Positions 12,194 through 21,157 of a DNA stretch of 64,000 bases are shown here, one piece after another. A program made the position numbers and the translations under genes. Within the stretch, counting starts at the first letter, position 1. Each line of letters begins with the position of its first letter. The notes beneath the pieces were generated by a model, which worked only from the letters and a program-made list of their open reading frames with translations, was not told the origin of the DNA and ran no database searches. This DNA comes from Candidatus Rariloculaceae bacterium (lineage in GTDB: Bacteria > Pseudomonadota > Gammaproteobacteria > Steroidobacterales > Rariloculaceae), in contig OZ245000.1 in assembly GCA_965223375.1 (NCBI GenBank), forward strand, positions 776,939-840,938, in the 5' to 3' direction.

Positions 12194-14566
12194 TTATGGC
12201 AACTCGAGTTCGGTCAGCAGGGCCGAAAATCGCGGATCGCCCGGCACATTGTCGCGGCCCCGCTGCGCGAACTCGCGCGCGTCGTCGCGGCGGCCCTCGT
12301 CCCTCGCGATCGTCGCGAGTGCATACCAGAGTTCCGCATAGGCGGGAGCGCGAGCGCCGGCGGCTTCGAGGACGCCGACCGCTTCCATCGTGCGGCCGGT
12401 CGACTGCATCGCCAGTCCGAGCAGGTAGGCATGGTAAGGCTCATCCGGTTCGGCCGCATACACTTCACTGAGCACGGCCAGCGCTTCGTCACGGCGCTCG
12501 AGCCGAACCAGCGCGAGCGCTCTGGCGATCTGCAACGCCGTCGCATCGGGCGTCGCTGCGAGTCCGCGTTCGACGATCGCGAGCGCAGCGTCGTTCCGGC
12601 CCGAGGCCCGCTCCAGATCCGCCAGGTTGACGTAGGCCGGCACGAACCAGGGAAAGCGCTCGACGGCGAGCTGCAGCCAGCCCCTGGCGGCTTCGGGATC
12701 GCCACGCAGCACTTCGATTTGCGCCGCGGCCGTGAGGCCTTCCGGGCGATCGGCACCGAAGCGCGCAACCGCCAGCGCTTCCTCGATCCCGGCATCGAGG
12801 TCGGCCCGGCGGCCGGCGCCGAGCGTATCGCGCGCAGTCAGCAATGTCTGCGTCGCAGCCTGGCGTAGTGCGAGCGGCGCATCGCTCAGGAAACGCTGCA
12901 CGACATCCGCGCGCCTCGCCGGCGGCAGCTGTACCGCGGCGTCGATCAGCGCGAGTCTGACCTCATCGCTGGCATCGCCGGCGAGCGCGTTCAGCGTCGC
13001 CGTGTCGACCGCGTTGATACCGGCGCCGAGCAGCGACAGAGCGGTTGCTCTGACGATGGCCGGTTGCTCGCCATCGGTGACGAGCGGCAGCAGCGCATCG
13101 GCGGCATCGTCCTGCCAGTTGCGAACCGCGGCAAATGCGGCACCGAAATGCGCCTCGGTCTGACGCCCCTGCGGGAACCACTCGGCAATCCGCGCGGCTG
13201 CCCAGGCGGCCGACTCGTCGCGATGACAGTCATTGCAGGCATTGGGGCTATCGATGCCGACACTGAGATCCGGCCGGGGGACACGGAAGCTGTGATCCCG
13301 GCGTGGATCGACCTGCATGAACGTCTCGGCGCGCATATGGCAATCGACGCAACGCGGTACGCCGGCCGACGCCGGACCTCCGGCAGCATCGACGGCGGAC
13401 GGATCGGCACGCGCCTGACTGCCCGCGCCCTGAACCGCACTGCGCGAACCCGCAGCAACCGGATGCCGATGATGGGTCTCGGCCGCAAACACATCCGGCG
13501 AATGGCAGGTCGCGCACAGCTCGTCACCGCTTGCCCGCAGCGTCAATGCATGAGGCTCGTGGCAGTCACTGCAGGTAACCCCGGCAGAATGCATGCGGCT
13601 TTGCAGAAACGATGCCCAGACATAGACCTCTTCGCGAACCTGACCGTCATCGAAGTAGGGCCCGCGGCCGAGCCGTTCCGGGCGATAGTGCGCGGTGAGC
13701 GGCGCCGGCGGCCCCGCATCGTCGAGCTGCGCGCGGCGCGAATGGCAGCGCGCACACGTATCCGTCTCGCGCATCGCGGGCTCGGCGCCGGAGCGCGACG
13801 CTATCGCAGCACCGGGCGCGAGCACCCAGGCGCGCGGAACGATCGCGTGAGTCAGCGATACATCGGCCGGTGCCGCAGCATGGCGGCTGCCCGGACCGTG
13901 ACAGGCCTCGCAGCCGACGTCTTCCTCGGCAAACGTCGTCGCGTAGCTGTCGGTCTCCACGTCGAAGCCTTTCGCAACGGCAGTCGAGTGGCAATCCGCA
14001 CACATCGTGTTCCAGTTCTGCAGCACGCTCGTCCAGTGCAGCGGATCGCCGGCCGGCGGAGGGTCGTCGCCATACAGATGGAACCAGCGCTGACCGCCCT
14101 GCTCGACCGGGCGTGTGTCCCAGGCAACACTCAGGGCCTGCAGTCGACCGCGCTCGTACTCGACGAGATACTGCTGCAGCGGATCGATGCCGAATGCGTG
14201 CACGACGCGAAACTCCCCGACCGCGCCGTCGGCGCCTTCGGTCGCGACGAGATAGTCGCCGTCGCGCCGAAAGAATCGGGTCGTCACGCCGTCCAGGAAA
14301 AACTCGGCGTCATCGAAGTCGGCGAGCACGGTCGATGCGGACGCCGGTTGCAGCGCAAGATCGTGATGCGATCCTTGCCAGAGGTCGAGCTCCGCTTCGT
14401 GGCAACTGCCGCACGCGGCGGAACCGACGTAGGCAGCGGCAATGTCTTCAGTCGGCGGCTGACGGGTCGCGCCTGTCCCTGCGTCCTGGCAGCCGGCGAG
14501 CAGCGCGGCCAGCAGCGTAGCCAGGAGCGCCGCGAGCCACAGACTTCCCGGCGACGACGCGCGCAT
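12194..14566 (-). CDS. octaheme c-type cytochrome lipoprotein with C-terminal TPR domain
   Basis: Lipobox LLAGC. Eight CxxCH motifs (CGSCH, CADCH, CEACH, CARCH, CSDCH, CATCH, CVDCH, CNDCH) in the N-terminal ~470 aa. The C-terminal ~300 aa are Ala/Leu/Arg-rich TPR-like repeats. Confidence 0.8.
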   Translation of the reverse strand: MRASSPGSLWLAALLATLLAALLAGCQDAGTGATRQPPTEDIAAAYVGSAACGSCHEAELDLWQGSHHDLALQPASASTVLADFDDAEFFLDGVTTRFFRRDGDYLVATEGADGAVGEFRVVHAFGIDPLQQYLVEYERGRLQALSVAWDTRPVEQGGQRWFHLYGDDPPPAGDPLHWTSVLQNWNTMCADCHSTAVAKGFDVETDSYATTFAEEDVGCEACHGPGSRHAAAPADVSLTHAIVPRAWVLAPGAAIASRSGAEPAMRETDTCARCHSRRAQLDDAGPPAPLTAHYRPERLGRGPYFDDGQVREEVYVWASFLQSRMHSAGVTCSDCHEPHALTLRASGDELCATCHSPDVFAAETHHRHPVAAGSRSAVQGAGSQARADPSAVDAAGGPASAGVPRCVDCHMRAETFMQVDPRRDHSFRVPRPDLSVGIDSPNACNDCHRDESAAWAAARIAEWFPQGRQTEAHFGAAFAAVRNWQDDAADALLPLVTDGEQPAIVRATALSLLGAGINAVDTATLNALAGDASDEVRLALIDAAVQLPPARRADVVQRFLSDAPLALRQAATQTLLTARDTLGAGRRADLDAGIEEALAVARFGADRPEGLTAAAQIEVLRGDPEAARGWLQLAVERFPWFVPAYVNLADLERASGRNDAALAIVERGLAATPDATALQIARALALVRLERRDEALAVLSEVYAAEPDEPYHAYLLGLAMQSTGRTMEAVGVLEAAGARAPAYAELWYALATIARDEGRRDDAREFAQRGRDNVPGDPRFSALLTELELP

Positions 14567-15825
14567 TACCGACAGATCGCCCTCAGCTCGCGACCGAGAA
14601 TCTCGATGCCGCGGCGGACAACATCGTCATCCTGCGCATACGACAGCCGCAGACACTCGTTGCGATGCCGCCAGTCCGTCGCAAGGCCCGGGAAGAATGA
14701 CGTGCCGGAGAGCACGAAGACACCTGCAGATTTCAGCCTCCGATAGAGCTCGTCGCTCGTTATCGGCAGATCAGGAAACCACAGCCACAGAAAGAGCGCA
14801 CCTTCCGGCTCGTGAATCCGGAACGGCACGCCGTCGAGCGCATTGACGAGCCAGTCGCAGGCCCGCAGGGCCTTGTCGCGATAGAACGGCTGGATGTGGT
14901 CGCGACTGATGCTCAGGATCTCGCCGGACTCGATCCAGGGCTGCACGAGCACGGGCCCGACGCTGCCGACAGCGAGGCTGGTTATAGCTGTCATCCGGGT
15001 CAGCGCATCGATGACTTCCTCCTGGGCGACGACGATGCCGGTACGCACGGCCGGCAGACCGAGCTTCGACAGGCTCAGGCAATAGATCACATTCTCGTTC
15101 CAGAAGGGCTCGGAATCGACGAAGACGATGCCCGGGAACGGCAGGCCGTAAGCTGCATCGACGATCAGCGGCACGTCGCACTCTCGGCATACTGCGTCGA
15201 GCCGGGTCATTTCTTCGCGGGTCAACACGTTGCCGGTAGGGTTGGTGGGCCGGGAGACGCAGACGGCCGCCGCCGTTGCATCGACGACCAGCGCATCGAA
15301 GTCCGGTCGATACTTGAAGAACGGCGCTTCCGTCTCGTCGATGACCGGCCGCGTCGAGACGAACAGCGCCTCGCCGATCCCGACATCCGAGTAACCGACG
15401 TACTCGGGAGTCAACGGCAGCACGATTCGTCGGTTGACGCCGTCAGCGTCTTCCCCGCCGAACAGATTGAACAGTAAGAAGAAGGCCGACTGACTGCCAC
15501 CGGTCAGCGCGATGTTGTCGGCAGTGATCGACCAGCCGAGCTCGCTCGCGAGGAGTCGCGCCAGGGAATCCCGGAAACGCTGCTCGCCGCGCGGATGCGC
15601 ATAGTTGCCGAGCATGCGGTTCAGCTCGCGCTCGTCGCCCGCGACTTCGCGCAGGCGCGCGGCGAGCTTCGCCATCACGGCGGGCACACGACCGGGATTT
15701 CCGCCGCCGAGCATCAGCGTCCCGCCGGCGTCGTTCATCGCGTTACCGAGATCGTCCATCAGCTCGAGCGCGCCGGTGTCACGCGTGAAGCGCTGCCCGA
15801 AGGCGGACAATTTGAGCCGCTTCAT
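14566..15825 (-). CDS. avtA: valine-pyruvate aminotransferase-like PLP aminotransferase
   Basis: From ATG 15825 the N-terminus MKRLKLSAFGQRFTRDTGALELMDDLGNAM...LMLGGGNPGRVP parallels E. coli AvtA. Class I aminotransferase body. TAATG overlap with the cytochrome gene start at 14566. Confidence 0.75.
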   Translation of the reverse strand: MKRLKLSAFGQRFTRDTGALELMDDLGNAMNDAGGTLMLGGGNPGRVPAVMAKLAARLREVAGDERELNRMLGNYAHPRGEQRFRDSLARLLASELGWSITADNIALTGGSQSAFFLLFNLFGGEDADGVNRRIVLPLTPEYVGYSDVGIGEALFVSTRPVIDETEAPFFKYRPDFDALVVDATAAAVCVSRPTNPTGNVLTREEMTRLDAVCRECDVPLIVDAAYGLPFPGIVFVDSEPFWNENVIYCLSLSKLGLPAVRTGIVVAQEEVIDALTRMTAITSLAVGSVGPVLVQPWIESGEILSISRDHIQPFYRDKALRACDWLVNALDGVPFRIHEPEGALFLWLWFPDLPITSDELYRRLKSAGVFVLSGTSFFPGLATDWRHRNECLRLSYAQDDDVVRRGIEILGRELRAICR

Positions 15826-15850
15826 TTCCGCGTTGGCGACCGTGGACTGG

Positions 15851-17263
15851 TCATGAAAGCAGGAATGGCCCAAGGACGACATATACGACGAGCACGATCA
15901 CCGCGATGCTGATCAGATTGAGCCAGATGCCCGCGCGAACCATTTGCGGAATCGTGAGCTGCCCGCTGCCGAAGACTATTGCGTTCGGCGGCGTCGCGAC
16001 CGGCAACATGAACGCTGCACTGGCTGCAAGCACTGCAGGCAGTGCGAGCAGCAACGGATTCTGACCGAGGCTTACGGCCAGCGCGGCGACGAGCGGCAAG
16101 AACGTCGCGGTCGTCGCGATGTTGCTGGTGAGCTCGGTCAGCAGGACGATCATGACCGTGACTGCGAATATCAGCACCAGCACGGGCCAGTCGCCGAGGC
16201 CACCGAGCGAGCCGGCTATCCAGTCCGCGAGGCCGGTGTTGTCGACGGCGGCAGCAAGTGACAGCCCGCCGCCAAACAGCAGCAGCACGCCCCAGGGCAA
16301 ACGCTCGGCGTAGTTCCAGCTGAGCAAAGCGCCGCGATCCGGGGCGCCGCTCGGCACGATAAAGAACGCGACCCCAGCGGCCATTGCAATCGTCGTGTCG
16401 GAAAGCTGCAGAGCCGGGAACCAGCCCGCCAGCAGCGGCCGCGTCATCCACAGCACGGCCGTGGAGGCGAATATGATCGCGACACGCTTCTCGGCCGGCG
16501 TGGCCGGCCCCAGCTTGTCGAGCTCTTCGCGGATCGTCTGCCGGGCGCCGGGCATCTCCTCACGACCGACCGGGAACAGCAGCCGCGTCAGGAGTATCCA
16601 GCAGATCCACAGCATCAGAATCGACATCGGCACGCCGAGCAGCATCCATTCCGCGAACCCCAGCTGGACGTCATAGGTCTCGAGCATGAAGCCCGCAAGA
16701 AACGCATTCGGTGGCGTGCCGATCAGCGTCGAGATGCCGCCGAGGCTGGCACCGTAGGCGACCGAGAGCATCAGCGCGGTCGCGAACCCGGCCTTGCCGA
16801 CCACCGTCGAGCCGTCCGCATTCCGCGGCACGATCGAGAGCGCCACCGGCAGCATCAGCGCTGTTGTTGCCGTATTGCTAACCCACATGCTGAGCAGAGC
16901 GGTTGCGATCATGAAGCCGCCGATCTGGAGGTCTTCCCTTGCACCCACCCGTATCAGAACGTTGAGCGCGATCCGGCGGTGGAGGTTCCAGCGCTCGAGC
17001 GCAAGCGCAATCAGAAATCCGCCCATGAACAGGAAGACGATCGGATTTGCGTAAGGTGCCGATGCGTCGGCGATCGGTGCGATGCCGAGTGTCGGGAAGA
17101 GCACGAGCGGCAGCAGTGCCGTCGCCGAGATCGGCAGTGCTTCGCTCAGCCAGAATATCGCGAGCAGCAGAGCCACGGCAGCCGTCCGCCAGGGCGCGGC
17201 CTCCAGGCCACCGGGTGGCGGCAACAGCAACATCGTGACGAAGACGATCAGGCCGACCGCCAT
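15851..17263 (-). CDS. SLC13/DASS-family divalent anion:sodium symporter
   Basis: Polytopic membrane protein of 470 aa with the typical DASS N-terminus (...AIFWLSEALPISATALLPLVLFP...) and duplicated hairpin motifs (GTPPN, ATPPNAIVF). Confidence 0.85.
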   Translation of the reverse strand: MAVGLIVFVTMLLLPPPGGLEAAPWRTAAVALLLAIFWLSEALPISATALLPLVLFPTLGIAPIADASAPYANPIVFLFMGGFLIALALERWNLHRRIALNVLIRVGAREDLQIGGFMIATALLSMWVSNTATTALMLPVALSIVPRNADGSTVVGKAGFATALMLSVAYGASLGGISTLIGTPPNAFLAGFMLETYDVQLGFAEWMLLGVPMSILMLWICWILLTRLLFPVGREEMPGARQTIREELDKLGPATPAEKRVAIIFASTAVLWMTRPLLAGWFPALQLSDTTIAMAAGVAFFIVPSGAPDRGALLSWNYAERLPWGVLLLFGGGLSLAAAVDNTGLADWIAGSLGGLGDWPVLVLIFAVTVMIVLLTELTSNIATTATFLPLVAALAVSLGQNPLLLALPAVLAASAAFMLPVATPPNAIVFGSGQLTIPQMVRAGIWLNLISIAVIVLVVYVVLGPFLLS

Positions 17264-17445
17264 GCCGACCCGCCGACGGCGATCGCTCGCTACTCTCTCG
17301 GTCTCACTGGCTGCGGGATCGGTTTTCCGGTCCGGCGTGTCGATCGGCCGTCCCCCTGACTGCGGCGCTCTTGACAGGGCGCAGTATAGAGAAAACGTGG
17401 CGCCGGGGAGCGTGGCCGGCTCAGACGCGCCGGCATCGCGGCCAC

Positions 17446-18375
17446 TCAGCGCCCGGCTGCGCCGTCCGGATCGGCCGACCCGACCTGCCGGGCGGGGTCG
17501 GCCCCGAAGAAATCGAGCAGCGCAGCCGCAACGGCAGCCGGTTCCTCTTCGGCCAGGAAGTGCCCGCAGTCGAGCGCCATCCCGTCGACATCGTGCGCGC
17601 GCTCATGCCAGGTCGCGAGCACGTTGTAGGTGCGGTGGACGAAGCCTTGCGACCCCCACAGCACCAGCAGCGGGCACACGATTCGGGCATCACGGTCGGC
17701 ACGGTCGTGGTCGAGATCGATGCTGGCAGCCGCTCGATAGTCCTCGCACGATGCATGAATCGTCGCCGGGTCGCGGAAGCAGCGAAGATACTCGGCGACG
17801 GCGAGCTCGTCGAAGACGGCATCGTGGGCACTCCACTGCCCGAGCTTGGCTCGCAGGAAGTAGTCGGGGTCGGCGCCGATCAGTGTCTCCGGCAAGCCGT
17901 TCGGCTGGATGAGAAAAAACCAGTGGTAGTAACCGGTCGCGAATGCCTGATCGGTCTGCTCGAACATATGCAGCGTCGGCGCGATATCCATGACGCAGGC
18001 GCGCACGACGCAATCGGGATGGTCGAGCGCCAGCCGATGCACGACTCGCCCGCCGCGGTCGTGGCCGGCAACCATGAACCGGTCGTGGCCGAGTGATGAC
18101 ATGACCTCGACCATGTCCGCCGCCATGGCGCGCTTCGAGTACGCCGCGTGGTCGGGTCCGGACGCGGGCTTCGAGCTGTCGCCGTAGCCGCGCAGGTCGG
18201 CGCAGACGACGTGGAATTCGTCCGCCAGCGCGGGCGCAACGCGGTGCCACATCGCGCTCGTCTGGGGATAGCCGTGCAGCAGCAGCAGCGGCGGCCCCGA
18301 TCCGCCACGAACGACGTTTATCTGCGCATCGCGCGCAGCGACGATCTCGCTGGTAAAGCGGCTGTCGAACAGCAT
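17446..18375 (-). CDS. alpha/beta hydrolase, haloacetate (fluoroacetate) dehalogenase-like
   Basis: LLLLHGYPQT..MWHRVAP, nucleophile motif GHDRGGRV, YHWFF and CEDYRAA match motifs of the fluoroacetate dehalogenase family as I remember it. Confidence 0.75.
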   Translation of the reverse strand: MLFDSRFTSEIVAARDAQINVVRGGSGPPLLLLHGYPQTSAMWHRVAPALADEFHVVCADLRGYGDSSKPASGPDHAAYSKRAMAADMVEVMSSLGHDRFMVAGHDRGGRVVHRLALDHPDCVVRACVMDIAPTLHMFEQTDQAFATGYYHWFFLIQPNGLPETLIGADPDYFLRAKLGQWSAHDAVFDELAVAEYLRCFRDPATIHASCEDYRAAASIDLDHDRADRDARIVCPLLVLWGSQGFVHRTYNVLATWHERAHDVDGMALDCGHFLAEEEPAAVAAALLDFFGADPARQVGSADPDGAAGR

Positions 18376-18447
18376 CGTCCGAGTATATCGTGGCGCGATC
18401 GGTGAGTCGGGCGTACGCCGCAGCGTGACCGGGGCGAACCGAAAGGA

Positions 18448-19029
18448 TCAGCCGCGTCTTTCGAACCGGTAGACGAAGGCGGGTGGCAGGTTCAGCGGTG
18501 CGAGGCCAACCAGAGTGGCCGACAGACCAAGCTCACGAAGCAGCCGCGAGCCAACCGGTGGCTTGCCGAAGTACGTAAACTGCTGCATGAATCCGCCGCT
18601 TCGAAGAACCTCGAACGCCGCCTTCAGAATCGCACGCTTCTTGCTTCGCTCGAACCAGAGAATTGGCAGACCGCTTACGACACTGTCTATGTCTCGTACC
18701 GGGATGACATCAGCCAGATCGCCCGCCTCCGCATGATGGACGTGCGCACCGGGAAAACGTCGGCGCAAGATGTCGGCGAATGCCGCATTACGTTCCACGA
18801 GATGCAGATTCCGCGCCTTGACGCCCGCCTTTAGAATTTCGGTCGTCAGCGTGCCCGTGCCGGCGCCGAGCTCAACGACCGTGTGCCCCGCGCCGATTCC
18901 AACCGCCATGCGCCGCGCGAGCATGCGGCCGCTCGGCGCGATGGCGGCAACATTCAGAGGATCCGACAGCCAGTTCGCGAAGAACGCCCGCCGATGCCCG
19001 TGATCGACTTCTCCGGAAGGGATGGTCAT
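18448..19029 (-). CDS. class I SAM-dependent methyltransferase (phospholipid N-methyltransferase PmtA-like)
   Basis: SAM motif VVELGAGTGTLT. The N-terminus FFANWLSDPLNVAAIAPSG resembles Rhodobacter-type PmtA / rRNA adenine dimethylase-fold proteins. Confidence 0.65.
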   Translation of the reverse strand: MTIPSGEVDHGHRRAFFANWLSDPLNVAAIAPSGRMLARRMAVGIGAGHTVVELGAGTGTLTTEILKAGVKARNLHLVERNAAFADILRRRFPGAHVHHAEAGDLADVIPVRDIDSVVSGLPILWFERSKKRAILKAAFEVLRSGGFMQQFTYFGKPPVGSRLLRELGLSATLVGLAPLNLPPAFVYRFERRG

Positions 19030-19271
19030 TGAGGCATGGCCGCTACCGAACCGTACGACGTCGCTGATTTCATGCGTGGCTCCACCTGCTCATCCCCCCC
19101 GGGAGCTGCGTGCGGTCCTGCTGCGAGACCCGAAGATCTGCCAGCCACCGCGCCCCGCACACATCGGCCGGCTCGAAGGCCTGGCCACCGCGGGCATCGC
19201 GCATGATAGTTTGGACCGCCCTCCGTGGAAACACCGACTCACGGACATTGACCACAGGCTGAACTACGGTC

Positions 19272-19640
19272 CTAGAAATTCTCCAGTGCCACGAGAGCCC
19301 AGACGACGGCGGCGAGCGCCAGGCTGACCAGGACACTGGCCGAGCCGAGGTCTTTCGCCCGGCCCGACAACGGGTGATGGTCGGGGCCGATCCGATCAAC
19401 GGCGCTTTCCACCGCCGAATTCACGAGCTCGACCACCAGCACGAGCCAGATCGAAAAGATCAGCAGTGCGCGCTCCGGCCCGGAGGCTCCGACGAAGAAT
19501 GCTGCCGGGGTAAGTACGGCGGCGAGAAGACATTCCTGCCGAAATGCCGCTTCATTGCGCCAGGCTGAACGAAGCCCGGCCAGCGAGAACAAAGTCGCGT
19601 TGACGATACGTCGAATCCCTTTGTTCCCCGGCTTGCTCAT
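19272..19640 (-). CDS. dgkA: diacylglycerol kinase
   Basis: 122 aa with three TM segments and the DgkA signature ...VELVNSAVESAVDRIG...GRAKDLGSA. Confidence 0.9.
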   Translation of the reverse strand: MSKPGNKGIRRIVNATLFSLAGLRSAWRNEAAFRQECLLAAVLTPAAFFVGASGPERALLIFSIWLVLVVELVNSAVESAVDRIGPDHHPLSGRAKDLGSASVLVSLALAAVVWALVALENF

Positions 19641-19756
19641 GGCCGAAAGGCTGACCGCGATCTCACATGATCATCATAGCCGAAACGTCAGGCCCCGACC
19701 GGCGCGTTACGGCACTCCGACTTTGCTGGCCGCATGACCAGTGCCGTTGCTCTGGC

Positions 19757-21022
19757 TCATTGTGGTGGCCGATCGGACCCGCTCGCGGCCTCCGTCAACG
19801 GAGCGATCGCCACCTGCTTCACGCGCCGCTGACCGGCGCGCAGGACCTCGATTCGGTAGCCGTTCCAGACGATCGAATCGCCCACGGCGGGAATCGTCTC
19901 CATGATCGTTGTCACGAGCCCGCCGATGGTCGTCGCAGACTCTTCCGCGGCCCAGCTCTCGCCGAGCCGCGCTGCCAGACGGCGTAAGTCGACACGCGCG
20001 TCGACGACGAGGCTGCCGTCCTCGCGCCCGACGATATCCTCGGACGGCGTGTCGGTCTCGTCGTAGATCTCGCCGACGATTTCCTCCAGCACGTCCTCGA
20101 GCGAGGCGATGCCATCGACGCCGCCATATTCGTCGACGACGATCACGAGGTGTCGCCGACCATCCTGAAAGACCCGCAGCAGCTGGATCAGCGGCATGCT
20201 GCGCGGCACGAAACCGGCATCGTGCACCAGCGCGTCCCAGTCGATCGCAGGCCCCTCGTTCTGCAGCAGCCAATGAAGAATTTCCTTTGCGTAGACGATG
20301 CCCCGCAAGTCATTGAGATCGCGTGATACCGACAGCGGGAAACGGCTGTGGCCGGTCGACGTGAGCATGTCGAGCACATCCTGCCGCGACATCGCCTGAT
20401 GGAGGAACTGCACGTCTTCACGCGGCAGCATCACGTCGTAGGCCGTCAGCCCTCGTAGCTGTGAAGCACCGATGATCAGCCCGGCTGTCTTGTTGCCCAC
20501 GGCGCCCTGGCTTCGACCAAGCGACGCCAGCAGACGAATCTCCTCGACCGATGTCACGGGTGTCTCCGCGTCCCGCCTCAGTGATTTCGAAATCTTCTCG
20601 CTCAGCACGACGAGCGGGCGCAATACCGTCGTCAGAAACTCGATGCCGAGCGCGACCGGCGCGGCAAGAACTGTGGCATAGCTGACGCCGAGTGTCTTCG
20701 GCACGATCTCGGTAAACAGCAGCACGGCCAGCGTGAAGATCAGCGAGAAGATCCATAGCGTGCCGGGACTGAACACATCGGAGTAGCTCGCGCCGGCGAC
20801 GGCAGCACCGACCGTATGGGCAGCCGTGTTCAGAATCAGAATCGCGGCAATCGGGATATCCATGTTCTCCCTGAACCCGGCCAGCAACCGCCCGGCCCTG
20901 CTGCCCTTCTGGACCATCAGCTCAATCTGCGGACGACTGAGCGACAGCAGCACGGATTCGAAGATCGAGCAAAGGAAAGAGACGACGAGCACTACCGCCA
21001 CCGCGGCTATGAACAACAACAT
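19757..21022 (-). CDS. CNNM/hemolysin-family protein (DUF21 - CBS pair - CorC/HlyC)
   Basis: ATG 21022 gives MLLFIAAVAVVLVVSFLCSIFESVLLSL (DUF21). The rest is a CBS pair region and a C-terminal CorC_HlyC-like domain. Confidence 0.85.
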   Translation of the reverse strand: MLLFIAAVAVVLVVSFLCSIFESVLLSLSRPQIELMVQKGSRAGRLLAGFRENMDIPIAAILILNTAAHTVGAAVAGASYSDVFSPGTLWIFSLIFTLAVLLFTEIVPKTLGVSYATVLAAPVALGIEFLTTVLRPLVVLSEKISKSLRRDAETPVTSVEEIRLLASLGRSQGAVGNKTAGLIIGASQLRGLTAYDVMLPREDVQFLHQAMSRQDVLDMLTSTGHSRFPLSVSRDLNDLRGIVYAKEILHWLLQNEGPAIDWDALVHDAGFVPRSMPLIQLLRVFQDGRRHLVIVVDEYGGVDGIASLEDVLEEIVGEIYDETDTPSEDIVGREDGSLVVDARVDLRRLAARLGESWAAEESATTIGGLVTTIMETIPAVGDSIVWNGYRIEVLRAGQRRVKQVAIAPLTEAASGSDRPPQ

Positions 21023-21157
21023 GCGGACTCCCGACCGGCACAGGACCTGACCGGCATTGCAGCAAACGAGGCCTGCCGAGTCCATGCCGAAACGGTTAAT
21101 CGGCGATTGTCCTATACTCGAAGCACGCTCGGCCCAGGGCGCGAGCACGCGGAGACC

